From assembly GCA_973895155.1 (NCBI GenBank), contig OZ316894.1, positions 3,248,944-3,312,943 on the forward strand: a stretch of DNA of 64,000 nt. Reading direction: 5' to 3'. This document shows positions 24,477 through 37,345 of this stretch, one piece after another. Position numbers and translations under genes: made by a program. Below the pieces are notes generated by a model, which did not search any database, was not told the DNA's origin, and worked only from the letters and a program-made list of their open reading frames with translations. Each line of letters begins with the position of its first letter. Position 1 is the stretch's first letter. This stretch comes from Marsupella aquatica. Taxonomy: Eukaryota > Plantae > Marchantiophyta.

Positions 24477-27261
24477 TTACAAGTTTTGAACTGGTAGATG
24501 AACTCATGGCATTATCCCAGCCAAGCCCAACCCGAGCCTGCCCCATTGTCAGGTCCCAACATTTGGTAGTTTTTTCTCGAGGAAAATTGGGGGTGGGATG
24601 AGCAGGCAGGGTCAACCGTTCATTTAAGCAAGGAACGAGCTTGCAACTCTGCCCTGTTTGCAATGGGGAGGGGTTAGCCTTGTTTAGGGCAATGTTGACC
24701 AGGGTTTGGTGGGATGTGCCTTACCACATGGCAGTCAACCAATCATGGGGGGCCTTGGTTAATTCCTGTGGTTCAGTATGCAAAATGGGGGTCAAGGTGA
24801 AATAAAATTTCTTGGGGGACAGGTTACCAAGTTTGATCAGTTTGGGGAAGAGGCTACAACTTTCAAGATCCTCTCTAGAATAAATTCTCTCGAATATATG
24901 TCTCTAGAATATATGTGAGCCCCTTGGGATGAAAAGTTTGCTTGCTGATGTCCCCAAGTTTCAGATGGACTTGGTGAGGTCCTCCCACTAGTTATGGGTT
25001 TTCAGTTCTTCCCAAGGCATTAATTGTACATAGCATACAGCAAACTATGCAGTAGTGGACAATGTTACTTCGCTAGGTTATTGTGGAGACTTGTAGTGCC
25101 CTGATGTCCAATGTGTCACTTCAGATGATCCACCAACTATATTGAAGTCAATCCTCCAAGTTGGGCATTGGTGCCCAATTTGGACTCTTTGTACCATTTC
25201 TTTGTGTAATAAAATCCAACGAGGCTTCCCTGCCCTAGACCTGTAGCCAGCTGAGGGCTCCTTAGTTCTGTGTAAAAAGGAGCGGGGGAGTGGGCCTAAT
25301 GCTGGGCCTAATGCTGTTGATTGATTGTGATGATGGGGAAGTTCCTGAAGTTCTATAAGTCTCTATCCCGTTATCAACCTTTGGTCCACCCGGGTGCCCA
25401 CCCCCTCTATGGGCCACCCATGTTGTCAATACTCAACGATGAGATTCAATGGGTTCAGGGAGCCCTGGGGAGTCTGGGTGGGTGGGTTCAAGGAGCCCTT
25501 CAAACTATACTTGTGAATAGGACTGGGTGGATAGGTCAAGGCATAGGCAGTCTGGGTGGGCTAAGGGAGCCACTTGCATATTCTGTAGAAACTATATTAC
25601 CAATGAATTCCGGCCCCTCTGCTAGAAATATTGCTTGAAATTAACTTATTCGGCTTCTCCTCATCAGTAGACTCAACCGACTATTATGAATGTTACCCAA
25701 TAAAGTTTGAGTGGCTTTAATGCCTTTAAAAAAGCAATATTAAGGAGTACCACAGTAATTTCCGAATCCTTTGCACCCTATATTGCTTGAAACAACTTTG
25801 AACTATATGCCACTAACGATGTTCAAATTTACAGTCACAATTTTTTTATATCCAGATTTTGTACATGGATGACAAATCCACTAATGTAATCAAGGTAGCC
25901 AAATGTTAAACTGTATAATATTTGTAAATATGATAATAACAATAGCACTATTCTATATTGAAACATCGTTCGTGGCAATGAAGTAAAAAGCTGGTGCTTG
26001 AAATTGACTTGCTCCGTTTCTTCCCATCGATGTACTCTCCAACGACTATCATTACAAACTTTGCAACATGGGGTGGGTCCACACTTGAACACTGTCGCCC
26101 GATATTCAATTCAACGCATGCATCTCGCGCGCAGCCAAATCGTGTCGGATGTACGAAATCGAGATAGAAAGTTAGCAACCATCTGCCAACAATCTCTGTC
26201 ATTCCGCTTTAACCTTTAGATCTGCTCATTTTGTATACTTCTCACTTTCTCAGTCTATTCCTTTCATCTCCCACTGTAGATATTCGTGACATTTGGTCGA
26301 CGATGTGAATGACCCAAAGGGCATATAATTGAAGAACTACAAGTCGAACAGTCGATTGAAAACTTACTGTTGACCTCGTATTAAGCCACTCATCCCTGGC
26401 GCATATGCAGTGTTACCTTTGTCATTGGATGATCTGATTTTACGGCAGGGAAGCCGCTTATCATGGCATGAGGATCTTTCTCAGTCTTGTGAGTGGCTAC
26501 TGAACTATCATAAGAGTAAGCTTAATCATATTTTAATTGCTCAACTATCACCACTTGATTTTCCGCATAGAATAGGCCAGCACTGAGCTCCACTCCAGAG
26601 TGTCTCGTGTGTTGTTGTTTAGCTGGCTGTCTAATGTCTACAATAGTTTTTTGGATTAGACATCATAGCCTTAGCCTGTCGATTCTGTCCAGAGCTTTTA
26701 GACATCCACTGACCCTCTCTCTGCAAGTCCTCGCGATGCAAGTGCTGCTTCCCTCCAATCGAGGTTGCAGTTCTATTTCACTGTTACAAGAGCAATCACG
26801 TCTCACTAAAAGATAAATGTGTAGTGCAATTCCATCTATATGTGATGAAAGCTCTTGTCCATAAGTGCAGGGAGACCACCCCTTGCATTTGCTGATAAGT
26901 GTTTGGAGAGCTTTGGAAGAGTACTAACTACTCCACTTTGTATGTCCCCCAAATTTCTTCAAAGAAATTTGTTTACTGACATACAAAATAACAATTCAGT
27001 CTTGCAAAGGGTGACATGGGGCCACATGAGACCCACAAAGGCAGTGAAGCATTCCATGTGAGCCTCTCCTTGGTCGAGCCATGGTTCTCCCCAACCCCCA
27101 TAGAGGTCATTCAGTGGCCCCATGAATTCCCGAATCAAGTCCAACGAAGAACCTCATTGTTAGTTGGACCCTCCTCCAACTCTCACGTCGAGCCAATAAG
27201 GGTCTATGGATTCAGTTGAAATTTTATTTATGGCGACCAAGGAGTTATAATAATTTAGAAA

Positions 27262-27428
27262 GAGAGATTTTCTTGATGGACCCCAAAATGAAAATCTTTA
27301 CTTGATGGACCCCAGAGTGATCCATACCCTTGATGGACCTTAAATCAAGGGTCCTAAAATCTCATGGGGTCTCATAGGGTCCATTAAGTAACACTTCTCC
27401 ATTTTGGGGTCCATCTAGTATCTGTCTC
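27262..27428. mobile_element. Mutator-like MITE with 10-bp TSD
   Basis: TSD AATTTAGAAA at 27252-27261 and 27429-27438; long TIRs gatggaccccaaaatg / cattttggggtccatc. Confidence 0.88.
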
Positions 27429-28724
27429 AATTTAGAAAGGAAGGTTATGCCTGTAGATCTTCCGCCCAATCGAGGGAATGAGAAATCGATGTTTTTTTAC
27501 AATTTGGAGGGTGGCCGCACATAGTGCAGAATTTTATGTACTTCTTTGTTACATTTATCAATAAATGTTTTTTAGATATACATTGCAATAATTGATAAAT
27601 GCATGTGTATAATTCTAGACAAATACGCACTTATGTAATTATGTTTTGGTGTTGCTATTTTGTCATTCAGTGAGTGTCTACCACACTCATACAAAGTGTA
27701 TTGCTTTGGAACATTTACAAAGGAAATCATCGTAACATTAGGGGACTTCAAAGTAAACCTGCACTTATACGTGGAATGCACTTATCCACAGTTCACTGTT
27801 GGCTTTACACGAACTTGGGGGGCCATTCAAGTATGGTAAGTAGTGGGCCCAAATAAATGCTCCCCTGGATTGCATATCTTGTCTAGAATTTTTTTCCACC
27901 TGCAAAGGTGGTCCAAACGTTTCCAAACTTTGGCTCTTTCAAGGGATTTGTATGATTGGGTGGTGGGCCTCATCAAAGAAAAAGCCCCCAAAAGTTGGGG
28001 TTAATGCTGCGCCCTATTTTTAAGAAAATGACATTAAGAGTGAGTGGGGGAAAGGGCCACAATCATCCCATCCGTGTGTTCTTGGCCTTGATTTAGCCTC
28101 CATCTCAAATTGGAGGGGCTTTGATTGACAGTTTTTGAGAGCGTCCATTTCCATGAAAGTAGGTATCTGGCTGCGACTACTGAAAGTGAGGAGAATGTTT
28201 AAGTGTAGTAGGGATGAACATAGTTGGGCAAGTAATTACATGCACAAGCCACACCCCGTTGTGTGGTCCAGTTAACATACTGTGTGCACTGTTTTTACTA
28301 AAATGTATCCTATCCCCCAAACTGGTCAAGATTACTAACATGCCCCCAAAACTAATTTAACTGTCAGGTTGCCCCTCAAGTCCTGTACTGTTTGGCTTCA
28401 CTAGACTCTATGATGAACCCAAGATTGCACACAATGGGTTTCTGGACACATGGAGATTCATGATTTGCCTGTACTAACCCCCTCTAATGGTGCTTCCACC
28501 TCCACCAGGTTCCCTCATCCAATACTCACCTGAATGCATGGGTCCACCATATTCTACAAGCAAAAACTATTATATTTTGGTCCCCCTCACTTCCGCCAAC
28601 TCTCCTAGAGCTCATCAATGCCCAATGTCTCTGCTATTCTCTTTTGAGCTCTCTTGATCTACATTGGAATGAGCTAAAAATGAAGTTGAAAATTGAAATC
28701 CATTTCAAACAATCTAATGTGATT

Positions 28725-28859
28725 GCCCAAAGAGGCATGACTGTGTGGTAGCTCAATTGAGTGGATAATGATAGGTCTTGAGTTCAACTGTTATGACTAA
28801 CTATTCCCTTTCTGCGGGGTTTCACAGATTTCCCCTTAAACTTTAATTAAAAAAAAAAA
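28725..28859 (+). mobile_element. Short tRNA-derived SINE (family B), copy 1
   Basis: A-box-like TAGCTCAATTG, B-box-like GAGTTCAACT, oligo-A tail; homolog at 40811-40913. Confidence 0.65.
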
Positions 28860-29736
28860 CATTCCATTGTGACAAAATTGGGCAGAAATGTTCATATTTT
28901 CTATCAGGAAAACAAACTGAACAAATGTGCAAACATATGTAATGTTTTCTTTTTGTAGAAAACCAGGGTGGGAGGCTCAACAGTACATCAAAAAAAAGTT
29001 TGAAAGGGTTTGATCCCAGGCTTGACTGATTTGGGCTGGGTTACCTTTAGGGCAATGAGGTCCGTCAGAGTGTGTGTTCTCGGCCGTCCGATGTGTTAGG
29101 TGAATCATACATGAGTGAATTTAACCAATACCAAAAACAAATGACAAAGTAATAAACAAACTAAAAAAATAACCAGAATACTAAGTTGGTGTCTTTAGAG
29201 TGATAGACAAACTTGTAATTGTCAGTTTTTGGCTAACCATAGATGTGAATTCTTTAGGCATGGAGTTGGACTCCACTCTTACCTAGAGCCTTGTAAGCTT
29301 TCCAGTCCTTTGTCCCATTGTCCTTTTAGGGAGGTGCTTTTGTAGTGTCTGGTTTGAGGTTTTGTAGTGGTTCTCCTGTGTTTTCCTAATTATTAGGGGT
29401 CTCAAATCTCTCATTTCTGCCTCCGGTGGCGGTCAACAATGAATTCCAAAAAAAAATGGTGGACACAAAAATGCGTGTTCGCACATTCATGACCAGTGGT
29501 TGAAACTGGTAATTTTGGGCTTTTTCCTGGCAACTTCAAGGTGTGAGACTCCCTATTGGTGCTTTTGTAGCAGTGGAGACATGACAAGGTCCGTCGTCTC
29601 CATTCAACCCTCATAAGACAGGAGTGACTAATTGGACTGACTAATTGAACTGAAAGTCTGGTGTGAGAAATATGGCAGGAATGTAGTACATATTTCCTTC
29701 TTTGTAATCTGGCAAGTGAATCCGACACTCTCAAAG

Positions 29737-30015
29737 TTTTTTTTTTGGCTTGAAAACCTGAAGCAGGTCCATCTAACAGAGGATAAACATCCTGCTCGCA
29801 TTTCTATGTAGGGTAACCACAAGGGGACAATATCCAGGATCTCACACTACCCAGGAGGGAGAGAGTATTAAACCAGAATCCCAAAGCGAGTAGCTAGGGG
29901 CTAAGGAGATAATCAATACTCCCACCACTACACCTCACACACACATTAGCATACACCTTGAGAATAATTGAACCTGTGACCTCTAGGTTCTAGGTTCTCA
30001 TCCTCTGGCTCTCAT
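29737..30015 (-). mobile_element. tRNA-derived SINE (family A), copy 1
   Basis: Oligo-T at 29737-29746 is the minus-strand A tail; near-perfect TSD gacactctcaaag (29724-29736) / gacagtctcaaag (30016-30028); homology to 35527-36111 and 58678-59150. Confidence 0.78.
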
Positions 30016-33000
30016 GACAGTCTCAAAGTAGCACACTAAATATTGCCGGGCTCACTCGGCGGTACCAGAGCTAAGCTATTTCTAGATTATTTCGATTACT
30101 ATACTTTGCTCTTTGGAAATTGTAAGCCTCGTCGATCACTTCGTTTTTTATATTTTCGTGAATCATCGCGGTTATCATGGCCGTACCTGCTGATGAAGCT
30201 TGATGCAAGCTTTGGCAGGCCATTCAGCCGTAGGAATTGGGGTCTACTTTCAGGTCTTGCTTGCTCTTTTGCCAGATCTAGGATTCCACGAGCGATGTCT
30301 AATCTCAGTCTGCGTGAAATACTATGCGTTGGAGATGTCTTGGCCTCTTTCCAATCGCCCTGTGAGAAGAACATCCAAGTGCCCATCAATTTTGCTTTTC
30401 AGCCAGGAGGGTTTCCGTCTTTGACGTTTAGGATTTAAACTCCGAGGCTTGTGTTTCTACTATCGGTCCCTAATCATCAAGATCATTTCGCGATCTTCTG
30501 CGCTAAGGTTGATGTCATTCGTCGTCAAGTGAAACACTCTAACTAAGCTTGGATTGTTTATTTGGTGTACTTTAATTACAGCAGAAGCTGGACTCTAGTC
30601 CGAACTAGCGCCTCAATTCACTCGACATGATTCGGTACCATGCTTTTCCCCTCTCCTGAGCTAGTGCTGTCGATGTCAGTATTCTAGGGCAACAATATTA
30701 CGGAGAACTTTTCATTCGGCCTTATCTTTAAGAGTTTGTCTTGCAGTAACTTATTGGTGTGAGGTGCCATTTGAGTTGAGGCCATGGGAGCAGATGACCA
30801 CTGCGGTAAGCTTTTTGACAATTTGTTGGCTGCTTTGGCACCAGCTTGAGTTTAGTGCACCTAGGCCGGATCGAAATCAACCCTATGAATGCGCTCCTGT
30901 GGGCTTGAGTGGTTTCTTTCCCAGCAAGCTAACTATCCTCTGGGCTGTGTTGCAGAAGTGCAAAGCCTCTTTCGTTTTTTTCAATGAAAGTGTGCTTGAT
31001 TTGAAAGATTGTTTCTAGTTGTTTAGCAATCAGAGAACCTTATGCGAGCGTGTCATGTTAACAATATATCATGAAACAATGAGGCGGGTTGACCCCTTTT
31101 CCCCATTGGATATAGAAGCCGCATCTACAGAGCATTCTCACAGGTCTTATTGGTCATCCTCACATGCTTTCTATCTATTCAGTGTGATATATATGAATCT
31201 AAATTGGTGTCAGCATCCTCTTTCATGCTTTTGCGTGCAAGACCTGGCACGGGTTTTGTGACAGCACTAATTGCCGGATGAGCATCATGAAAGGCCATTG
31301 GTAGTGCACCACTCCCTGAGGCGCCGAGAAAGTCGTTCAATTACAACCACTTTTGCGACCACGATAGTTTGTGTAGCGATGCAGGGGCCTATCTATGCCT
31401 GGAAGCTCAGACTGACCTACTGTATGACGTGGCCAGTACACTGCTGAACTGTACAACCGAGTCCTATGGTATTTGCAGTTTAGTATATCCCATGGATGAC
31501 AAAACAGATTGCTCTTGAATGGTTATTCCAGCTACTAAAAATATGAAAGTTGGGGCCCGGCTTGGGACCCGAGATTTAAGGTGGTCTCTGAGGGAATTTT
31601 CTCCACAACAGAGGTAAAATGACATCTTATTTTAAGAATGGCACTTCTTATTCTGCATTGCGATGCTCGTGAATTTAAAAAAGTGAGCGCACGCAGGGTC
31701 GAAAGCTGTCTTCGTGGCAGGAATTTATGATTGGATGTGTGCACTTAAGTAGCTGGTGTGCACCATTCCACACAACCAGATGGTCCAGATGCACATGACT
31801 CTTCCACACAGGCTCTCAACGCGAAGCAGTGGGAGACGACTCAGGCAGTGTCAAGTTGGCACAACAACTCTAGAAAACTGCAATTTCCTGACCGCCTGTA
31901 CGTATTGTCTGCAACAATGGGAATATCGGTGCACACGCTTCGCAGTTTTTGGCTGTCCTCTACTCTCTAATATCGGTATCCAAACCTATGTCTGCTCGAA
32001 TCCTTGCAATAAAGTCTAATTGTGGATAGGAGCAGTGGTCTGGCGAGTTCTGGATCCATTCTTACTGTTCATTCGCGGCAAGGTTTGCTTCTACAGTCGA
32101 TGAATCTTCGTCAGTCCTTTTTCAGAATTCGGAGTGGTTACTGCCTGCTTTCCTGACCCGTTGGACGTGTTCCAAGCTGCACCGCGCATCCCTTACGTGA
32201 TTCGGATGGTCTGAACAGGCTGGGAAGAGAACAGAGCAGATTGTCTGCCAATTTTAGATATTGGCACATCCTCGGATGCATCGAAATTTTGCCAAGGACC
32301 AGACCTATGCTACATCCGACCACTTCTGTGTTTATCCAGGGAAAAGCAAGAAAGCCTCGCCAATGATTCATTTACTATATATACAAACCTGCACCTCTGA
32401 TCAATTCTCTAGTTCTTTCTTGTGTAATTTATCCATGTAACCTCCAAAGACATGCCCCTAACGAAGAGTTCAATCCCCAGCAAAGTAACTGCCATCACAG
32501 GTAAACATTAAAGAACTACGAAAACAAATCGTAAACAATGTTGCTATTGAGCAGTGGACGAGTGTACCATGCATTCGTATCGCTGATTTCCACATGCACT
32601 GAAGTTGCGATCACAAGAAGCGAAGCGAAGCGCAATCATCAAACACAGTGATCGTTCATCAGATCAAAATCATCCAGAATATTTGTGATCTAAGCATTTA
32701 TGAAGTCAGCAGGTCAGGCAGTAAACTTTTCTCGAACAATCAAAATCTTTCCGATCCAGGATTCGAAGTTGCAAACACACCAAATCAATCTGTTCTCACA
32801 CTCAAACATGACACTAGAAATTGAGGTTTAATAACACAATTTCAAACCAGTGTCATTTTTGTCCGACTTTTATGATGTCGAAGTCTCCAGGTGATACTAT
32901 TTGTGTCTGACTTTGATCTTCTGCCAATTCCCACAGATCATGGAATGTTTCGATCTTGTCATGCTATTATGGTTCCTCTGGCCAACCGATACCCAGTTAG

Positions 33001-35526
33001 TCAGTGGCATCGAGGGACCAGGAGGTTTCTCTGTGTGTTAACTAGAGATCCAAGTTTTCTAATTCTAGAGTTCATGGTAACCTGGAGTTACCATGAACGG
33101 ATATTGGAGTGCTTCAAATCATGACAAAACATGATTTTACAAATCTCAAATCTCGCCATGTGATAATCTTCCTGCGAGTTAGCATATGCAAGGCTTTGCC
33201 ACTTCTGGGGATCCTTCAACACAACACTAGAGCTTCTCTGTTTTTAGCGAACAACATACCATCTCATCCTCGATGTTGTGGTGACATAAATGAAAACTTT
33301 ACTCAGCCCATTACAAAGGAGAGATTATTCCATAACCAATGTCAAGAAAGAAAAATGGCCCCGAGACGCAGCAGCATCAAATCATGAGGGGAACAGCAGC
33401 AGACTGAGGAAGAACTTAAGGGAGGAAAAGCATAAGACTTACCAACTCTGCCATACGAGGGTATATTGAAAGAAATAGTGGAGCAGCACCAAGAATTCAT
33501 CAGTGCAGGGCATGAAAGCCTCAATATCTCAGGTTGCCATGATTAGTGTCAGCACCAGCATGGAGACAACGTCCAAGATCATCAATGCCAGCGAATGCAA
33601 TGCAGCTGAAGACCCGTCTATTAATTCATATTCAGTGCAGTGCTCAAGGTCCTATAAAGGATTCGTAACTAACATCGGAAAGTCCATGCTATGCTGAACA
33701 CCCTCCAGTGTTCGATGTAGTATTGCATTGGCGAATTATGATTTTGCTTTATACTCAATTATATGTTATAAAACTACTGCCATTACCAGCCCTTGTCTGT
33801 TGACTGGTACTGCATAACGATGAATAACTGGAACAATGCAGTGCCCCTTGACTCTGAGCTCATGGATGAGATTTTGAACAAATCTCACGATAAAGTGTCA
33901 TTCGGCTTCCTCCAATTCAAAAAACCTACATCAGAGTGTACCGCTTGCGACTAAAAGTGGAATAAGAGAGAAAGCTTGATAGACCAATTACTTGTGAAGG
34001 CAACTGCTGGATAGAGAGAGGTTGATTTCGAACACTTGCGGCTGGAACTGCTCGAAAGATGAAATATTGATTTGGAACAACCGCTTAGAGTAGTGAAAGC
34101 TTGATTTGGAGCAAATCTTCTTTTAACTTTTGACACTCCCTGGAATCACTTAGTATAAAACCCCTAAAACACGTGAAAACAAACCAATAAAATGTACGTG
34201 AGTGGCATATAATGCGAGATAAATGGCACTAAACAGCCATTGAATCATGATGCAGTTTGACTCATCGGAAATCGAAAACCCTACTATCTAGATTTGCGTT
34301 TGTCATAATTAATGTCTTCCAGTTTCTGAAGTTATCTCCGGGAGGGTAAGTAAAGAACTTAATGAGACATCCTTTCAATTTCAGACCGGTCGCCTGAGAG
34401 ACCGGTCCCAATATAAATATATACATTCAAGGCATAGGGAAACTCTCAAATGGCAGTATCTCTTACAAGGTGTGTCCGAGAAAATTGAACCTTAGACGTT
34501 GTGCATGGTAGGGAAATAGAAACAAGACCTTTCCATCAGGTCACAATCCACTTTTCATGAAGGATACATTGCCCTGAGAGAAAGTTGTAGATTGATGGAA
34601 ATTGTTCAAGTGACAATGTTTTTCCATGTATGCAACGGGATATGCACACGATATCCTGGTTTCGGCTTTCAACTGCCCGTGTTCATATTTGCGCTTCTTT
34701 ATAGATAGACGGTATTGTGATTTTGCAACTTTTTCTTTCTTAGCTTAACAGACTGCATTGTTCATCTCATGAGTTTTCATTCCTGGCCCTTTCTTTCCAA
34801 ACATTTTCTCTGACGTTACTTTAGGAATATTGTTTCGTTCCTTTTGAAATATGTCAAAGTCTCAATCTCTATGGGAAAGACAAAAAATAAACAACATTAA
34901 AATTCAGCTTTCATATCTGCAACAAAGTATTATACATTTGAATCTCAATCTGATGGAATGAGTGAGATCTCAAAGGTCTGGCTCTAGGAAGCTGGAGCAA
35001 CATCATTCTTCCCGGAGAATGCTATCATTCTACAGTTCTTTCATTCCCGGAGAATTCGGTATAGGACCTCCGGTGGCGTAATTCGAGTATCATGTTTGTC
35101 TCTAGAAAACTGGCGTTGCATTAACTCCTAAGTTTGTGTAATTGCTTTTGCAGTCACGAGCTCAAAGCTATGAACATCTCCTTTGGTGCTAGCTAAGAAC
35201 CATTTCAAAGCTATGAACATCTCCTTTGGTGCTAGCTGACTCTCGTATCTGTCCCATATTCTGGACAACGAGTCCCGCAATTTGGTTACTTAGGAAGAAA
35301 CGAACTATTCGATAAAGAATAACAGTTGCCAAATCTTCTAGTACTGATGACTGTAAAAACAAGTATCTCAGACGACTTAAAATTCTATTGTTGGTGACAT
35401 ACTTGTTATGCATCGTACCAGCACTACAACTACTTATAATTCTATTACCGGTAACATACCTGCTATGCATCTTACCAGCAGTACAACTTACTACATAAGT
35501 AAGGAGAGTGAGAGCTTCATGTATAT

Positions 35527-36111
35527 AGGCCCATCCAAGAGAGGATAGATGTCCTGCTCTACAGCATGCATTATCCAAGAGAGGATAGATGTCCTGCTCT
35601 GGAGCATGCATTTCTATGCAGAGTAGCCACAAGGGGACGATACCCAGGGATCCGACAGGCCCATCCAACAGAGGATAGATATCGCCACAAGGGGACGATA
35701 CCCAGGGATTCGACAGGCCCATCCAACAGAGGATAGACATCCTGCTCTGGAGCATGTATTTCTATGTAGAGTTTCTATGCAGAGTAGCCACAAGGGGACG
35801 ATACCCAGGGATCCGACAGGCCCATCCAACAGAGGATAGACATCCTGCTCTGGAGCATGCATTTCTATGTAGAGTAGCCACAAGTGGACAATATCCAAGG
35901 ATCCGACACGGACACAGACCAGGAGTGAGAGAGGATTAAACCAGAACCCTAAAGCGGGCAACCAAGAGCTGAGGAGATAATCAATACTCCCACCACTACA
36001 CCCCACCCACACACACACATATACCTTCGACACCACTTGCGTGTGGAGGGAGTATTGAACCTGGGAGCTCTCAGTTCTAGGCTCATCCTCTGGCCAACTG
36101 ACCAAAGTTGT
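35527..36111 (-). mobile_element. tRNA-derived SINE (family A), copy 2, with an internal tandem expansion of about 88 bp
   Basis: Minus-strand head TGGTCAGTTGGCCAGAGG...CCCAGGTTCAATAC (A/B-box-like); TSD TTCATGTATAT at 35516-35526 and 36112-36122; about 4 partial copies of ggcccatccaacagaggatag..gatccgaca. Confidence 0.8.
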
Positions 36112-37154
36112 TTCATGTATATGTTGCAGCCCAACAATAATGTAATGACTGAATATAAAACTTTTCAGTCATGCAAGAATGTAAGGGATATAACGGTGGA
36201 TATAATGCAAGGGGAGCACTGCTGTAGTTACGGACCCCCCTAGGGGTTGCTTGCAAATTCTTTGGCACGGGAGAGCACCACGTCAGAATGGACGTAAACA
36301 AACAAGACAAGACCAGTTTGCAACGAAAAAGAACCACCCTAGTCTTGTTTGTGTAACTTTTGGGTGGCCGAGCCATAATCCTTAGAGTAAAAATTAAAAA
36401 ATACAAAGGAGGGGATGATTTAAAAATAATAATAACCATTTTACTTACCATTTTAGTTTTGTGCAAATTGAGAATAATACACTTAAACAATATATTCACA
36501 TTAAATTTGGTTATAACCAGATGGATAAGTCAGCATTAAAGGGTAATTAAGTAACTACCCTTCATATGAGTAACCGCCTATTGACTCCTAGACCCTAGGA
36601 GACCGAATTGGCATTACCGCACTCATCCTCCTCGCTCCCGGCCATCTCTGTAGACTCCTCTTCAACAGCGGCAACCACTCTCTTTGAACTGTGTTTGTAT
36701 GATTTATTTCTTTGAAGCTTCCCTGATGTAAAGCGAGCTAAGAAGTAACAGATGAAGGGAGTCTCAACCTGTTCTCAGCTTTGTTGCGCTCTTGGCGATG
36801 CACATGGTGACCTGCAATGGAGGTGAATTCAGAGTAGCAGAATAGTAAGTTAATCGATTGGACTGGGAAGGAAATTTTGTGTTGAGGTTACAAGTGTGTA
36901 AGGACAATTGTGAAAGATCTGGTTTTCTGTTTGATGGAAATGTGCGCACTTTGCAGCTAGGATGCAAGAAATCTTACCCTGGCTTGAACTTTTGACCTTC
37001 CTGTCCTATTTAAGAAGCATGATATATAAGGTCATACTAGGGGGTTTTGTGCTTTGTCTTAAGAGCTTGCCTAGCAGCACTGTCAAATTGGTAGCAATTG
37101 CTGTCATTCTACTTTGCAAGTAATCAAAAAGCTGAATTCTGTACTTTGACACTT

Positions 37155-37345
37155 GGGGATTTCACTTTCACAAAAATGACATATCACGTGCGACGAAGGA
37201 TAAGATCATTTTATTGGTTCTAAGGGAAGACTTAAGAAGTTTTGTAGAGGAACAATAGGGTCTTTTAAATTCAATTTTGAGACTTATAAGAACAATAGGG
37301 TCTTTTTAATCCATTTTTAGAATATTCCAAGAATATTCCAACTTT
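37155..37345 (+). repeat. Dispersed repeat, probably a DNA-transposon terminus; inverted homolog at about 61553-61742
   Basis: ggggatttcactt..aaaaatgaca..ttttattggttc..aagggaagacttaagaa matches the reverse complement of 61650-61742. Confidence 0.65.

Noticed and set aside
26700-27200. Possible minus-strand LINE C-terminal remnant
   Set aside because: Only vague Trp/His spacing; too decayed to support.
30040-34140. Scattered 60-130-aa ORFs suggesting a decayed gene
   Set aside because: No domain motifs or consistent exon chain recognised.
35189-36105. 188-aa and 163-aa ORFs with internal peptide repeats
   Set aside because: They are translations of the SINE tandem array.
36040-36111. Possible tRNA gene (also at 28745 and 40833)
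   Set aside because: A/B boxes are present but I could not form a cloverleaf, and the sequences are embedded in TSD-flanked repeats, so they are treated as SINE heads.
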